From: Isurus oxyrinchus
Taxonomy: Eukaryota
Reading direction: 5' to 3'
Length of the DNA stretch: 64,000 bases
NCBI GenBank assembly: GCA_026770705.1
Contig: JANJGN010000014.1
Span: forward strand, 129,890,001-129,954,000
Of this stretch, positions 26,210-37,931 are shown piece by piece. The translations under genes were made by a program, and so were the position numbers. The stretch's first letter is position 1. Every line of letters begins with the position of its first letter. The notes beneath the pieces are model-generated. The model searched no databases. It was not told where the DNA came from and saw nothing but the letters and a program-made list of their open reading frames with translations.

Positions 26210-27670
26210 TTCCAAGGGGAAAAAAGGTGGGAGGAAGTAAATACAGTAATTATCACGAGAAAAAGTATCAGGGAAACTTTTGGGGCTAAAGTCCGATAAG
26301 TCCCCTGGACCTGATGGGTTGCATACTAGGAAGTTAAAAGAAGTAACTACACAAATAGGGGATGCACTGGTGGTATTCTGGAAAAGTCCCAGAGGATTGG
26401 AAAACTGCCAATGTAACACCCTTATTCAAAAAGGGAGGAAGACAAAAAAGAGGTAACAATAGGCCAGTCAGCTTAACATCCATCATTGGGAAAATGTTAG
26501 AATTTATTATAAAGAATGTAGTAGCAGAGCATTCAGAAATGTGTAATATAATGAGGCAGAGTCAGCACGTCTTCATGAAGGGGGAATCATGCCTGACAAA
26601 TTTATTAGAATTCTTTGAGGAGATAACAAGCAGGGTAGATAAAGGGGAACCAGTAGATGTAATATATTTGGATTTCCAAAAGGTATTCAATTAGGTTCCA
26701 CACATAAAGCTACTTAATAAGATAAGAGCCCATGGTGTTGGGGGTAGCATATTAGATAGATGAACTAATAGATGACAGAGAGTTGGTATAAGGGGGGGCA
26801 TTTTCAGGATGGCAACCTGTAACTTGTGGAGTGCCACATGGATCAGTGCTGAGGCCACAATTATTTACAATATATATTAATGATTTGGATGAGGGAAGTA
26901 AATCTACTATCACCTAGTTTGCGGAAAACACAAAAATAGGTGGGAAGGCAAGTAGTGAGGATGACGCAAAGAGTCTACAGAGGGATATAGACAGGTTAAA
27001 TAGGTTGGCAAAAACTTGGCAAATAGAATATAACGTGGGGAAATGTGAGGTTATGCGCATGTGAGGTTATACATATAGAAATAGGGGAGTCTTGCTAAAA
27101 CTATACAAGGCACTAGTTAGACCACACCTAGAATATTGTGAACAGTTTTGCTCCCCTTATCTGAGGAAAGATATATTTGCATTGGAGGCAGTCCAGAGAA
27201 GGTTCACTAGATTGATCCCGGGTATGGAGGGATTTTCTTATAAGGAGAGATTGGGCTTGTACTCATTGGAGTTTAGAAGAATGAGAGGTGACCTTATTGA
27301 AGCATGTAAGAATCTTAGGGGGCTTGACAGGGTAAATGCTGAGAGGTTGTTTCCCCTTGTGGGAGAGTCTAGGACCAGAGAGCATAACCTCAGAGTAAGT
27401 GGTCACCCATTTAAGACAGAGATGAGGAGGAATTTCTTCTGAGGTGGTGAATCTGTGGAATTCTTTACTACAGAGGTCTGTAGAGGATGAGTTGTTAAGT
27501 ATATTCAAGGTTGAGATAGACAGATTTTTAATCAGTAAGGAAATCAAGTGTTATGGAGAAAAGGCAGGAAAGTGGAGTTAAGGATTATCAGATCAACCAT
27601 GATCTCATTGAATGGCGGAGCAGACTTGATGGGCCGAATGGCCTACTTCTGCTCCTAGGTTTTATGGTCC
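26210..27670 (+). mobile_element. CR1 LINE, 5'-truncated, degenerate RT and 3' end
   Basis: WKTANVTPLFKKG..RPVSLTSIIGKMLE, VDVIYLDFQKVF, GVPHGSVL, LYKALVRPHLEYC, RRMRGDLIE. Internal deletion at about 27060. Confidence 0.92.
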
Positions 27671-27679
27671 AGACTCCAA

Positions 27680-28060
27680 CCACCCTCTGGTTGAAAAAAA
27701 ATTTCCTCGCATCACATTTATTCCTTTTGTCAATTATTTTGAATCTGTTGTTCTCTTGAATGGGAACTATTTTTCACTATTTATCCTGTCCATACCCCTC
27801 AGGATATTGAATACCTCAATCAAGTCTCCTCTCAGCCTTCTTTTCTCCAAGGAAACCAGTCTCAACCTATCCTCACAGCTCCAGTTCTTCATCCCTGGAA
27901 TCATTCTTGTGAATCTCCTCTGCACTCTCTCCAATGCCTTCACATCCTCCCTCAGGTATGGCATCTAAAATTGAACACGGTACTCCAGATGAGGCCTAGC
28001 TAGTGTCTTATACAAGTTCAACATGACCTCCTTACTCATGTATTCAATGCCCCTGTTAAT
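27680..28060 (-). mobile_element. CR1 LINE fragment
   Basis: LERVQRRFTRMIPG..SLEKRRLRGDLIEVF. Confidence 0.85.
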
Positions 28061-31000
28061 ATTCTTCTGTTTTGTTATATTACGTTTGGAAATTGGGGAC
28101 AGGTTTTGTAGAACTTATCTGGGAAATTACTGGAATGGAATATAATCCATGATTGTGCAGATTAGTGGCCCACAAAAGAATCAAGCTGGGTTTGACTGAA
28201 TTGTTTGTTTCTTCTGTGATCTGCCCCTATGGATCTTTTTAATTGGTATATTCAGGAAAATGGAAATTATATAGTACACACAGACTGGTTTTGCAAAATA
28301 TATAAACCTATGTGAAGGACGAAACCTCAGAGCACATGAAGATTTAAAAAAAAAAATTGAGGAATCTTATGGGGCAATAGTAATTCGGGGACACCGAAAT
28401 TGGGTTTCAATATTATGAAGCTCCTGGTGCAAGGAAGAGGTTGAGATCAGTTGAGGTTCTGTTGAAGAATGGATTGGTCTTTAACATGCTAGAATGTATA
28501 GAAGGAGGAAGATCAAATAGGACATTATGAATGTTCCCTCTAAGCTGCACGGCCCAGAAATCACCCTGTGGCAGACAAACAGGTGCACACAAGAAACGGG
28601 CCCTTTAAGATGCGTGCATGTGTAGCCACATGGTAACACCAAAGGGATTGTGCAGTGCAATAAACAGACCATGCACAGTGAAGAAAAATTAGAGGGAAAA
28701 TTGGACAATATGACCCTATTTGTCTGGGAGGGGAGCCAGTGGGAGTGTTGGGGGGGTGGGGGTGGGGAGGCAGTGGCTTTCAGACATGATAACACAGAAG
28801 TAAGGTTTTCCTAGACAACCTGCAATAATTAAACACAGAATTCATTTAGTAGCTTGCTTGGATTTACCACATGACACCACGCCTGATTGGCAGGTTGGGA
28901 TGGTATGTCAAACATCATGTGTACGGGGTAGGGTAAAGTTAGACATTGCGGAAGGGCTGGGGGTCAGCTGATCATGGGGATCCGGACTGTACAGGTAAGC
29001 TTTTTAGGCCTAGGGGACAACCTACTCCTCCTGACCCACAGGTAGTACAAATAAAAGACACTCATGGATCCTTTTACCTGTCGGTATTTCAAAGGCCCAG
29101 GAATCCCAATTTCCATATGTGAGAAATAGAAATGTTGTTAAAAGGGAGGTTGATGTCCAGCTTAAAAAGATCCAAACTTAAAAAAAAAGGTCTTTAGTTC
29201 TCCATTCCTCTACATGAAAACACATTGCTTATTGTGTCAGCTTTGTAAAACAATGCATCAGCTTTACCTGCTGTGGGTAGAACCCTACACCAGGTTGCCA
29301 TAATTGTGTCAAGGTATTTATTTTCAGAAGTGATGAAGTTGGAAATTTTCTAGAGGCAATCTGGCACCGGAGATTTGCAAGCACTTGGCAACCAATCCAT
29401 GTATCCTCACCAACAGCAACTAAATTTTAATTGCCCTCGGGTTGATATTTATTTACAGCAGTAATTCTTGTGGGTCAGATCAGCTTCAAAATAGCTCCAG
29501 TTTTAACAATGCACTGTGTATGCACTGTCATTATAAAATGTCTAATGACTGGCAGTAAACACTGCCATGAGTTCTTTGTGTTAGGGTTATTATTTTTTTT
29601 AAATTCTCAGTCTCTGAGTCCAAAATCCACCACATTTGAGATTGGAACCAAAGTAGTGTGTTTTTTTGTTTGGGTGGGCAGTGAGAAATGGGAGAGCAAA
29701 GGAAAGAAATCATTTCTCAAATCACGTGTGTATTTTTAATAGAGCACACTCTGAGGGCAAATCCCTGTTTGTGGAATAACTGAGACCTCTCATGCCATGC
29801 CACATTGTTAAGAGAGTTATCCAATTAGTCCCAATCCACTACCCTCCCCCCATCCCTCACCCCCAGTTCACTTCCCATCGCTGTTCAAATTATCTTTTGC
29901 AAGTACATATCCAATTTTCTTTCAAAAGTCACTGTTGAATCTTCCACCCATCCCTTCAGACTGTGTATTCCAGATCATCATTCGCTGTGTTGGTTTTTAA
30001 ACTTCGCATTCTCCTCCTGGATTTATTTTCAATTATTGAAAATCTGTGACTTCTATTTACTGGGCTTTCTGCCAGTAGAAATAGCTTCTCTCCATCTACC
30101 CTATCAAAACCCCTCATGGTTTCGAACATCTCTTTTAAACCTCCCCTTAATCTTTTCTGCTGTGTGGACAACAGCAAAAATTTATATTTATAGGAAGTGC
30201 TGGAAAAAAACTCAGCAGGTCTGGCGGCATCTGTGGAGAGAGGAACAGAGTTAACGTTTTGAGTTGAACATGACTCCCCTTCTGAAGAAGGGAGCAGAGT
30301 TGGGAGCAGGACCTAAATTCAATGGCCTCAGTCTTTCCAATATATAATTGACAGAAACTTCTGCTCAATTGTAGGAACAAGAGAAATGGGAATAGGAGTA
30401 GGCCATGCAGACTGTCGAGCCTGCTCCGCCATTCAAACAGAACACAGCTGATCGTTTACCTCATGTCATTTTTTTCCCCACTATCCCCATATCCATTGAT
30501 GTCATTAGTATCCAGAAATCGATAGTTTTATGTATTGAACACGTTCAATGACTGAGACCCCACAGCCCACTGGGGTAGAGAATTCCAAAGATTCACCATC
30601 CTCAGTGAATCCCATCTGAGCCTTAAATAGATAAATACTCGGATAAGCGGTCTGATACTTAAGCAATTATGAGGAATCAGGAAAGGTGGTGGTGAGATAG
30701 AGCTGGGTATCATCAACATACATGTGAAAACTAACACCCTACATTCTGATGATGTCGCCAAGGGGCAGCATGTAAATGAAGAATAGGGGTAATTGTGTGG
30801 GAGCTGGAGGGAAGCCTTTGCAAGAAATTCACTTATTTATTCTTTCATGTAATGTGGGTGTCACTGGCAAGGTCAACATTTTTACCAATCCCTAATTGCC
30901 CTTGAACTGAGTGACTCTTAACTGCCCTCCCTTTTGCCAATCACATTTCTGTGGGTCACATGTAGACCAGGCCAGGTAAGAATGGCAGATCTCCTTCCCT

Positions 31001-31204
31001 AAGGGGTACTTGAGATTCAGATGGGTTTTTACAACAATCAATGATTGTTGTCCCAGTCATCATTACTGAGACTGGCTTCGTATTCCATATTTATTAATTG
31101 AATTTAAATTCCTAACTGCCTTGGTGGGATTTGAACCCCTCTTCCTGGGCCTCTGGTCTAGTGACATTACCACTATTCCACCAGCTAACTGCTATTATAT
31201 CAAT

Positions 31205-32217
31205 TGTGATGCTTCAAACAATGCACATCAGTAAATTAAACTTTGGCTGTGATGTATAATACTGTGCCTGTTGTAATGTTATATCAATGAGAATTCCACC
31301 CAGCTGGCTGACAGTGGAGAGACATTGGAGGAGGATGGTGTAGTAAACCATATGAAAGGCGGCAAACAGGTCCAGGAGGATGAGGAGGGAATGTTTACCT
31401 TTGCCTTTTGTGACTTTAAGAACTGTTTTGGTATTGTGGCAGAGGCAAAACCCTATTTGGACAGATTCAAACGTGGAGTTCCAGGAAAGATGGGAATGGA
31501 TTTGGGAGGTGACAACATATTCAGGGACTTTGGAGAGGAAAAGGGGGTTAGAGTTGGGGTGGTAGTTTTCCAGGAGAGTGGGGTCAAGGGTTGGGTTTTG
31601 AACAGGGGTGATGGCAGCAAAGTTAAAGGAGAGAGGGACAACACCTTAAGAGAACCATTAACAATGTCAGCTAACCTGGTGACCAGGAGGGGAAGTTGGG
31701 TGGTCAGCAGTTAGTGGGAATAGGATCAAGGGAGCATGAGGTGAGCGTCATGCACAAGTTTAACTCTGAGAGGCCATGAAGGGTGAGAGGAGAGAAACTA
31801 AAGAAAAATGCGAGTTCAGGGCTTGGGCAGAGAGCAGCATTATAGGAAGTTTGGCTCGGTGGGCTAATGGAAGGGAGGGACACAGCTGATTTAGATTTTA
31901 ATCTTTGTGACCAAGAAATCCATGAGCCCCTCATACTTATTGTTGAAGGTGAATGTACAGAAGGATTTAAGGAGACAGTTTGCAGTAGAGAAAAGATGCA
32001 GGGATTCTCTTTGCATTCCAGGATGATCTGAAGTTTCTCATCTATAGTACCATTCTCATAAACATTCTTGGCACTCTCCTCGTTGGTTCTGATTGATCTG
32101 ATATATGATCTGCTTTGGTGTGTAAAGCGCGTAGGACTCTGTGATGCTTCAAACAATGCACATCAGTAAATTAAACTTAGGCTGTGTTGTATAATACTGT
32201 GCCTGTTGTAATGTTAT
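31205..32217 (+). repeat. 78-bp direct duplication (31205-31282 and 32140-32217)
   Basis: tgtgatgcttcaaacaatgcacatcagtaaattaaact..ctgtgcctgttgtaatgttat present twice with 2 mismatches. Confidence 0.9.
31290..32040 (-). mobile_element. L2-clade LINE fragment
   Basis: Minus-strand TSCSLDPIPTN and TPTL..LSPPKS motifs typical of L2 ORF2. Confidence 0.7.
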
Positions 32218-32484
32218 TTGTTGTCTCACTAAGAGGTTTGTAGTGTTGAACGGTAACTGCTTATTGGTAACACATAGCTAGGTACATCTCCGAAACACAG
32301 CCCTGACTAGGTGTTGCCCTTATGCTGGCTTCGACCAGACTCTCTAGGTCACGTCGGCTCTATGTACTAACCTGTCTGCTCTGCGTGCAGGTCTCTTGTC
32401 ATATGACTCTTTACATCACATAGTAGATGGCAGTGGTCTCTAGTCCCACATTAATCCTTGCTATGCCAAACACCCTTATACCAT
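32204..32484 (-). repeat. 3' LTR of element 1
   Basis: tgttgtaatgtt...ctaagagg...ttattggtaacacata...gccaaacacccttatac is collinear with 37490-38211. Confidence 0.85.
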
Positions 32485-32921
32485 ACCCACCCAAGTCTTT
32501 ATCCAACATATTTGCACAGCAATTTTTTTTTTTTTACGTGCTACCCCACCTCCACTCCAAAGTCTCCAACTTTATATATTCAGACAGTCTGGAGGCTTGA
32601 TGGTTGTCCAGATCCTGTTCTAGTCACACTTAGAGAAGTGGTGAGCTCAGTTGTTTTGGGCAACCTTTTTAGAGTGGAGTTGAAATCATCGTCATCTGTG
32701 TTTCTGGTACTTCGGTGTCTCCGTCTGATTTTCTTTTTGTGCTCCTTGGAGTTGAATTTCTCCTTGTCAACAACCTGTTTGTTTTATTAACAGCAGCACA
32801 TGGGAGGAAATTGCTCAATGGCACACATTTTGGTTTATATGTACACCACTTTTTTGTTTCAAACTATTTTTGCGACTAAGAGAGGAACATTAAATTCCCT
32901 TTAGGAAGGGAACTTAGCCAC

Positions 32922-32994
32922 AGGCTCCAGCAAGAGTCGACCTCATGACCCCTGGTTTACGAGACCAGCGCTCTGACCACTGAGCCATGGAGCC
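32922..32994 (-). tRNA. tRNA-Thr(CGT), decayed copy or pseudogene inside LTR element 1
   Basis: GGCTCCATGGCTCAGTGGTCAGAGCGCTGGTCTCGTAAACCAGGGGTCATGAGGTCGACTCTTGCTGGAGCCT, 73 nt. Acceptor stem GGCTCCA/TGGAGCC, anticodon stem CTGGT/ACCAG, anticodon CGT. T arm degraded with CpG-type changes. Confidence 0.85.
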
Positions 32995-33224
32995 AATTGA
33001 ACAAGCCTGTTTGTTTTATGTGGACGCCCTGCATTTGTCCCATTCATTCTGAAGGCAACGTCCACTCCATTGATTCATAAAGTGGACTCGGGTTTTCTTT
33101 TTCCGTGGGTCCTCCATGACGCACCTGGAAATCAACCTTTCCAAAATGGAACCTACATTTCCACTTGTTTCATAATTTCACCCAAATATTTGTTTACTCT
33201 CTTATTTTCCCATTCTTTTTCAAC

Positions 33225-33800
33225 CTCAATAGTTTTTTGACTCAACTCTGGTGGATTCAATTGTTTTTGTTTGAGTTATCTGCAGAACTCTTCTACAAAT
33301 TTAATAACTTCACCTGGGCATCCAGTTATTTTCAAAACATTTATTCAACGGTCACTGACTGCTCCTTAGATTCTTTCAATTCATTCATTAAATCCGCAGT
33401 CTGTTTCTTAGAATTTTCCATATCTGCTTTTAAAGTCTAGATTTGCTCTTCCACATTGTGCATCTCATCTTTCATGTTCTTCAGATTGGATCCAAGTTTA
33501 AGAATTTCATCAGTCTTAGTTGTTAATTCTGCATTCAACCAGGTATTCTGATTCATCAGCAATTCCTCCTCCAGTTCCAGGCACTTTTCATCATACTTAA
33601 TGAGACTTCTGATACTTGGAATTCATCAGATTTCTAATTGAAGATCTATCTTCATTGAATTTGTTTCTACAAGGTTATCCTTTAAGTGTTTCAAGTCCTC
33701 TTTCAAGTGTTCTACTTCCTGTGAGCGACACTCCAGTGTTCTCATCAGGTCTCATTTTTCATCAGCAAGCTCCTCTTTTGTTCGCGGGCATTGGTTTTCT
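33225..33800 (-). pseudogene. TPR: Captured intronless fragment of the nucleoprotein TPR N-terminal coiled coil (about human aa 108-315)
   Basis: [94 protein letters not shown], compared with recalled TPR [95 protein letters not shown]. Similarity continues to LDAQVKLLNL*KSSADNS (TPR LNAHIKLSNLYKSAADDS). Confidence 0.88.
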
Positions 33801-33859
33801 GTATTGAACAGTTCTTCCTTAACAGGGCCTGATTCCTCTGTGCTATCCTCCAAGCTCAC

Positions 33860-35700
33860 GTCCTGTAATTTTACTTTGGCTAATTGGTTCTGAGCCTCTT
33901 CACGCTCCTTCATGAGTGACTTTCAATTGGGTATGTTGCAGAAGTGGAAAAGAATTATTTTTCTGACTGTCAAGTTGAAGCTGCAAGTTTTCTACTTTTT
34001 GTTGCCCCTGTACATAAGAATTCTCCATCTTCTCCTTTTCCTCATGCAGTTCCAAAACTATGTTGTTCTGTGATGTTTTTATTTTCTTAATTCTTTCAAC
34101 AGGAATGTACTATAACTGCACTCCCTCTTCGAATGCCTGGGTGTCTGCAGCTTGGCATTTTCCTCTTGTCATCTTTCACTTCGCAGTTTGACCTCTGTAC
34201 ACCTGCTCATCACTTTTTCCACATGCTCATCCTTTTGATCCACGGCTTGATCAAACTTGCTTTTCATTTCTACATACACCCCTTTAGAAATGTAATGCTT
34301 TTCCAAGTTCTCTTCCAAATGTCCAATTGTTTTCTGCAGCTCTGCAGTCTCTTTTTTGTGCCTCTTGGCTTCCTCCTGGAATATAGAACATTGCTAAGTA
34401 TTCTCTGCCAACTGGTTCTTCCGTTCTTTCAGTGTGACATTAAATTAATTTTGCTTCTCTTCTTTATTTTCCTGAGGAACAAACTTTGACCTGAGGGATC
34501 CTTGGATTGTGTGAAGATCATTCAACAAGTTTCCCCTTTTTTTTACAAAGCTCAAAGGGGAGGCAATGGTGTAGTGGTATTGTCACTAGACTAATAATCC
34601 AGAAATCCAGGATAATGCTCTGGGCAACTGGATTCAAATCCCAGCTGATGGTGGAATTCAAATTTAGTAAAAATCTGGAAATAAAAAGTCAATGACCATG
34701 AAGTCATTGTTGATTGTTACAAAAATCCAACTGGTTCACTAGTGCCCTTTAGGGAAGGAAATCTGCTGCCCTTACCTGGTCTGGTGGTTGACTCTTAAAT
34801 GCCCTCTAGGGCAACTAGGGATGGGTAATATATGCTGGCCTGGCCAGTGATGCCCACATCCCATAAACAATTTTTAAAAAAAAATGTTTCCTCTTTAATT
34901 TCTTGTAATTCAACTGTCTCCTTGACTTGGTTCTGCTGTTCAAGCCAGTCTTCATGATGTTGAAGGTTTATGTGTTCCTTTTGCATTTGATCTTGAAGGG
35001 CACTCAGCTGTTCTTTCAACTGTTTATATTCTGGTTCAGCTCTTGACTTCTCATTCTGCACTCCAGTGCATTGTTTTGTCGCTGTGGATAGTTCCAGTAC
35101 AGCTCTTCCTGAAGTAGTATTCAACATCTTTTTTAAATTCCTCATGTTTTCACAGGGGCATGTATTGAATATTCAAAGAGATTTTCAGGGCAGCAAATCT
35201 TTTTGAGCACATTTTCTGCCTGCTCTTGTGCCTGGCTGTATTTCTGGCTGAGTTCTCCCAACTCCGTCTTTGATTTGCCAACAATGGAATTCAGAGTTGT
35301 TATTTCCTCATGCTTTTCTGGCGATACATACTGATTCTTCATATGACTCAGATTTTCGCTTATTGCATTTTTCTCAACATTCAAACTTTTTTCTTTCTCA
35401 AAGCCTTTTTGTACTGTCACGATGCCTTAGAAATTTGTTTGTTCAGATCTTGAACCGTTTGGTTCATTGAAAACTTTAGTCTATCATACTTGTTGAAAGG
35501 TACATACTCTGCTTGAATCTTGTGTTCGAAGTCGTCAAATTCAGCTCTGATATAAACATTTTCCAATCTTATTTCTGTCCTTTCTTTATCTACCTGCAGC
35601 TTGGAACGTTCTACAACTCTGCCTCCAATCAGAGCTAGTTGGCTCAGCGCTGTCACCTGCTGTTTCAGTTTGGGTAATGTGTCAGCCATTTTCCTCGAGA
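33860..35700 (-). pseudogene. UACA: Captured UACA-like coiled-coil coding fragment (stops, frameshifts, SINE insertion)
   Basis: Manual translation LNDLHTIQGSLRSKFVPQENKEEKQN*FNVTLKERKNQLAENT*QCSIFQEEAKRHKKETAELQKQL, CTEVK..QEENAK and QLDSQKNNSFPLLQHTQLK. These align in order with recalled human UACA KKELDTIQECIKVKYAP...ELKDQLSEQTQKYSVSEEEVKKNKQENDKLKKEI, YTEVK..VEENAK and LLENQKNSSVPLAEHLQIK. Paralogs RAI14 and ANKRD24 are not formally excluded. Confidence 0.8.
34557..34884 (+). mobile_element. tRNA-derived SINE inserted in the UACA-like cargo
   Basis: A-box-like tggtgtagtgg, B-box-like ggattcaaatccc, 3' tail gggatgggtaatatatgctggcc...gcccacatccc and poly(A). The tail is shared with local LINE fragments. 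Confidence 0.8.
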
Positions 35701-35889
35701 TTTATTTCTAAGCCCTCTGGCTGGTTCTCTGCCTTCCCTTTTCCTCCACACTAAACTCTTCAGCTCATGCGTTCCATTGCACTGACCTGGTCTGCCACCA
35801 TCGTGTGGTTTGTTTGGGTATTGTCTTTTGCCCTTTCATTGCCTATTGAGGGTGTTCTATCCCTTCCTTTAAGTTCTGTGCACTCCACA

Positions 35890-36120
35890 ACTTGAAGATT
35901 AAAATACTTGTCAAAGGCTTTTAATATCTCATCAAAGCTGGCTGAGGACCCATCAATGTCTTGTATTGGGATCACTTCATCAGTAAATACCTCAAACAAG
36001 TGTAAAAACATATTAACTTGGTCTTTCTCTGATTTCCTGATGCACCATGATTCTCTAAAAACATTTTTTTCTCCATGACACCCAATTTTGCATCTGGTTT
36101 GGCCCTTGCATGAGTCCAAA
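35890..36120 (-). pseudogene. Gypsy gag N-terminal remnant (element 1)
   Basis: KSEKDQVNMFLHLFEVFTDEVIPIQDIDGSSASFDEILKAFDKYFNL resembles the QVNTLLY...YDEV..AFD.YF pattern of animal Gypsy gag. Confidence 0.7.
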
Positions 36121-37489
36121 GCGGTCTGGTAGTTTCAATTTACCATCCATAGCTGTTTTTCATAATAGGGGAGCACATCTTTATTTTTCTTCTTCCAGGA
36201 TTACCTCCTCTTCCTGTGCTTGTTGGGTTTTGGAGGGTGTTAGCATCTAATAAGTTGTGTTTAATGAATGTTAAATACCCAGTACTTGATGGTAATAAGG
36301 TGAACATGTGCTGGGTGTTGATTTGCTAATGACGCTCAATTTGTATTTAAGGGAAAGCCAGCCACAGCCTGTCCACAATGTATAGTTAATAAGAGTTAAA
36401 AAACGGTTTCCATTTTATACCCACCTTTGGTCAGGTTGAGCATTCGGCTATATTTACAAAAAAAAATAAATAGATTACATCTTGCTTAAAAAAAATCACA
36501 GGCTGTCAGCAGAGGCTGACCGAGGGGTTCGTCCAGTCCAACTGTCTGCAGCTGGGTTTGCAGCCGGTTGTCCTTGGAGAGGGAGCACGCAGTGTCTGCT
36601 GGCACAATAGAGGCCTTTTGTGCCTGGTAGGCACCGTGGGAACTGGGGTGCTTTATTGATGCTTTTTCACCACAATTTGACATTTGTAAGCTTCTTTTAA
36701 CATTTGACTTTCTATTTGCAGCATCCTTTAAGGGGCTGCTTCTTGATTTGTCCCTCGTTTTACTAATTTAGTTTAATTGTTTTAACAAACGAGTAACACA
36801 AACTGTCTGGTGTGTTAGAGAGGAGAAGACAACTCTAGTGAGCAATACGTCTCGCTACTAAGCATCCTAGTCTCTGTATCTCCTTCACATCCAGGCTTGC
36901 GAGTTGGCCAGCAGGGGGTTTCTGTTAGCACCTTGGAAATATTTGAAAAAATTAGTGATTTTGTAGGAAATCTTCAAATAAGTCGTTTGGACCAGCTACT
37001 TGCCATTTTTTTAAGCCTGGGAAAATAAATTTGAAGCCAATTTTTTAGCCTTCTGCTTTTAATTTTTTTCATTCATTTGAGCTTGGCTGCCATGTGGTGT
37101 GGCATTGCCTCTGGACCTAGACTGCAACGTCCTTCCAGCTGCGCTGGTTAACCAATCAGCATGCTCAGTCTGATAAGTGCCCTGATTAGTTTTAAAAGGT
37201 TAGTTCAGCATTTTAGTGAATTTTGCTCACCCTTTTTGTGATCTGGCTAAGTCCCTTGTCTCTGCATTCGATCAGTTTTGGCTTTTGCTCATTCTTTTGT
37301 GGTCTGGCCAGGTCCTGCATTTGATCAGGTCTGGCAATGGAGCTTTCTCAGGTGACATCCAACTACGTCTTCAATTTAGACACCCTTTTCACAGGTCAGA
37401 CTGCAGTTTCTTTACTTCTTCATGCCTTGAGATTCGGAATCCTCCTCTAGCCTCTTTGAGGTTTTGGGTTCATTCTTTAGCTGCCACCA

Positions 37490-37854
37490 TGTTGTAAGGT
37501 TGTTTGGTTTCTCCCTAAGAGGTTCAGGGGCTTGTAAGGTTAATCAGTAACTGTTTATTGGTAACACATAACTATGTACATCTCCAAGGTACAGCCCTGA
37601 CTTAAGTGCTGTCCTCATGCTAGATTTGACCAGACTTTCTAAATCTTTCTTTTATGCTCCCCCCATCCCCACTAGAGCTATACCTTGAGTGCCCTACCAT
37701 CCATTCTTAATTAGCACATTCGTTTAGATAATATCACTAACTTCAACACCTATGTGTTCTTTTGTTCTTTTGTCTGTAACATCTTTTGATGATCTGCTCC
37801 TATCACTGCTTGTTTGTCCCTACAACCACACCACCCCCCCTCCCCACCCCCCCC

Positions 37855-37931
<77 letters not shown>

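Noticed and set aside
32922-32994. Self-encoded primer tRNA for element 1
   Set aside because: The PBS is complementary to a tRNA-Leu-type 3' end (GCUGCCACCA), not to this tRNA-Thr.
33165-35689. A functional nested UACA or TPR gene antisense to GYPC
   Set aside because: Many stops and frameshifts, a SINE insertion, no splice structure, and enclosed by LTRs. Treated as retroelement cargo.
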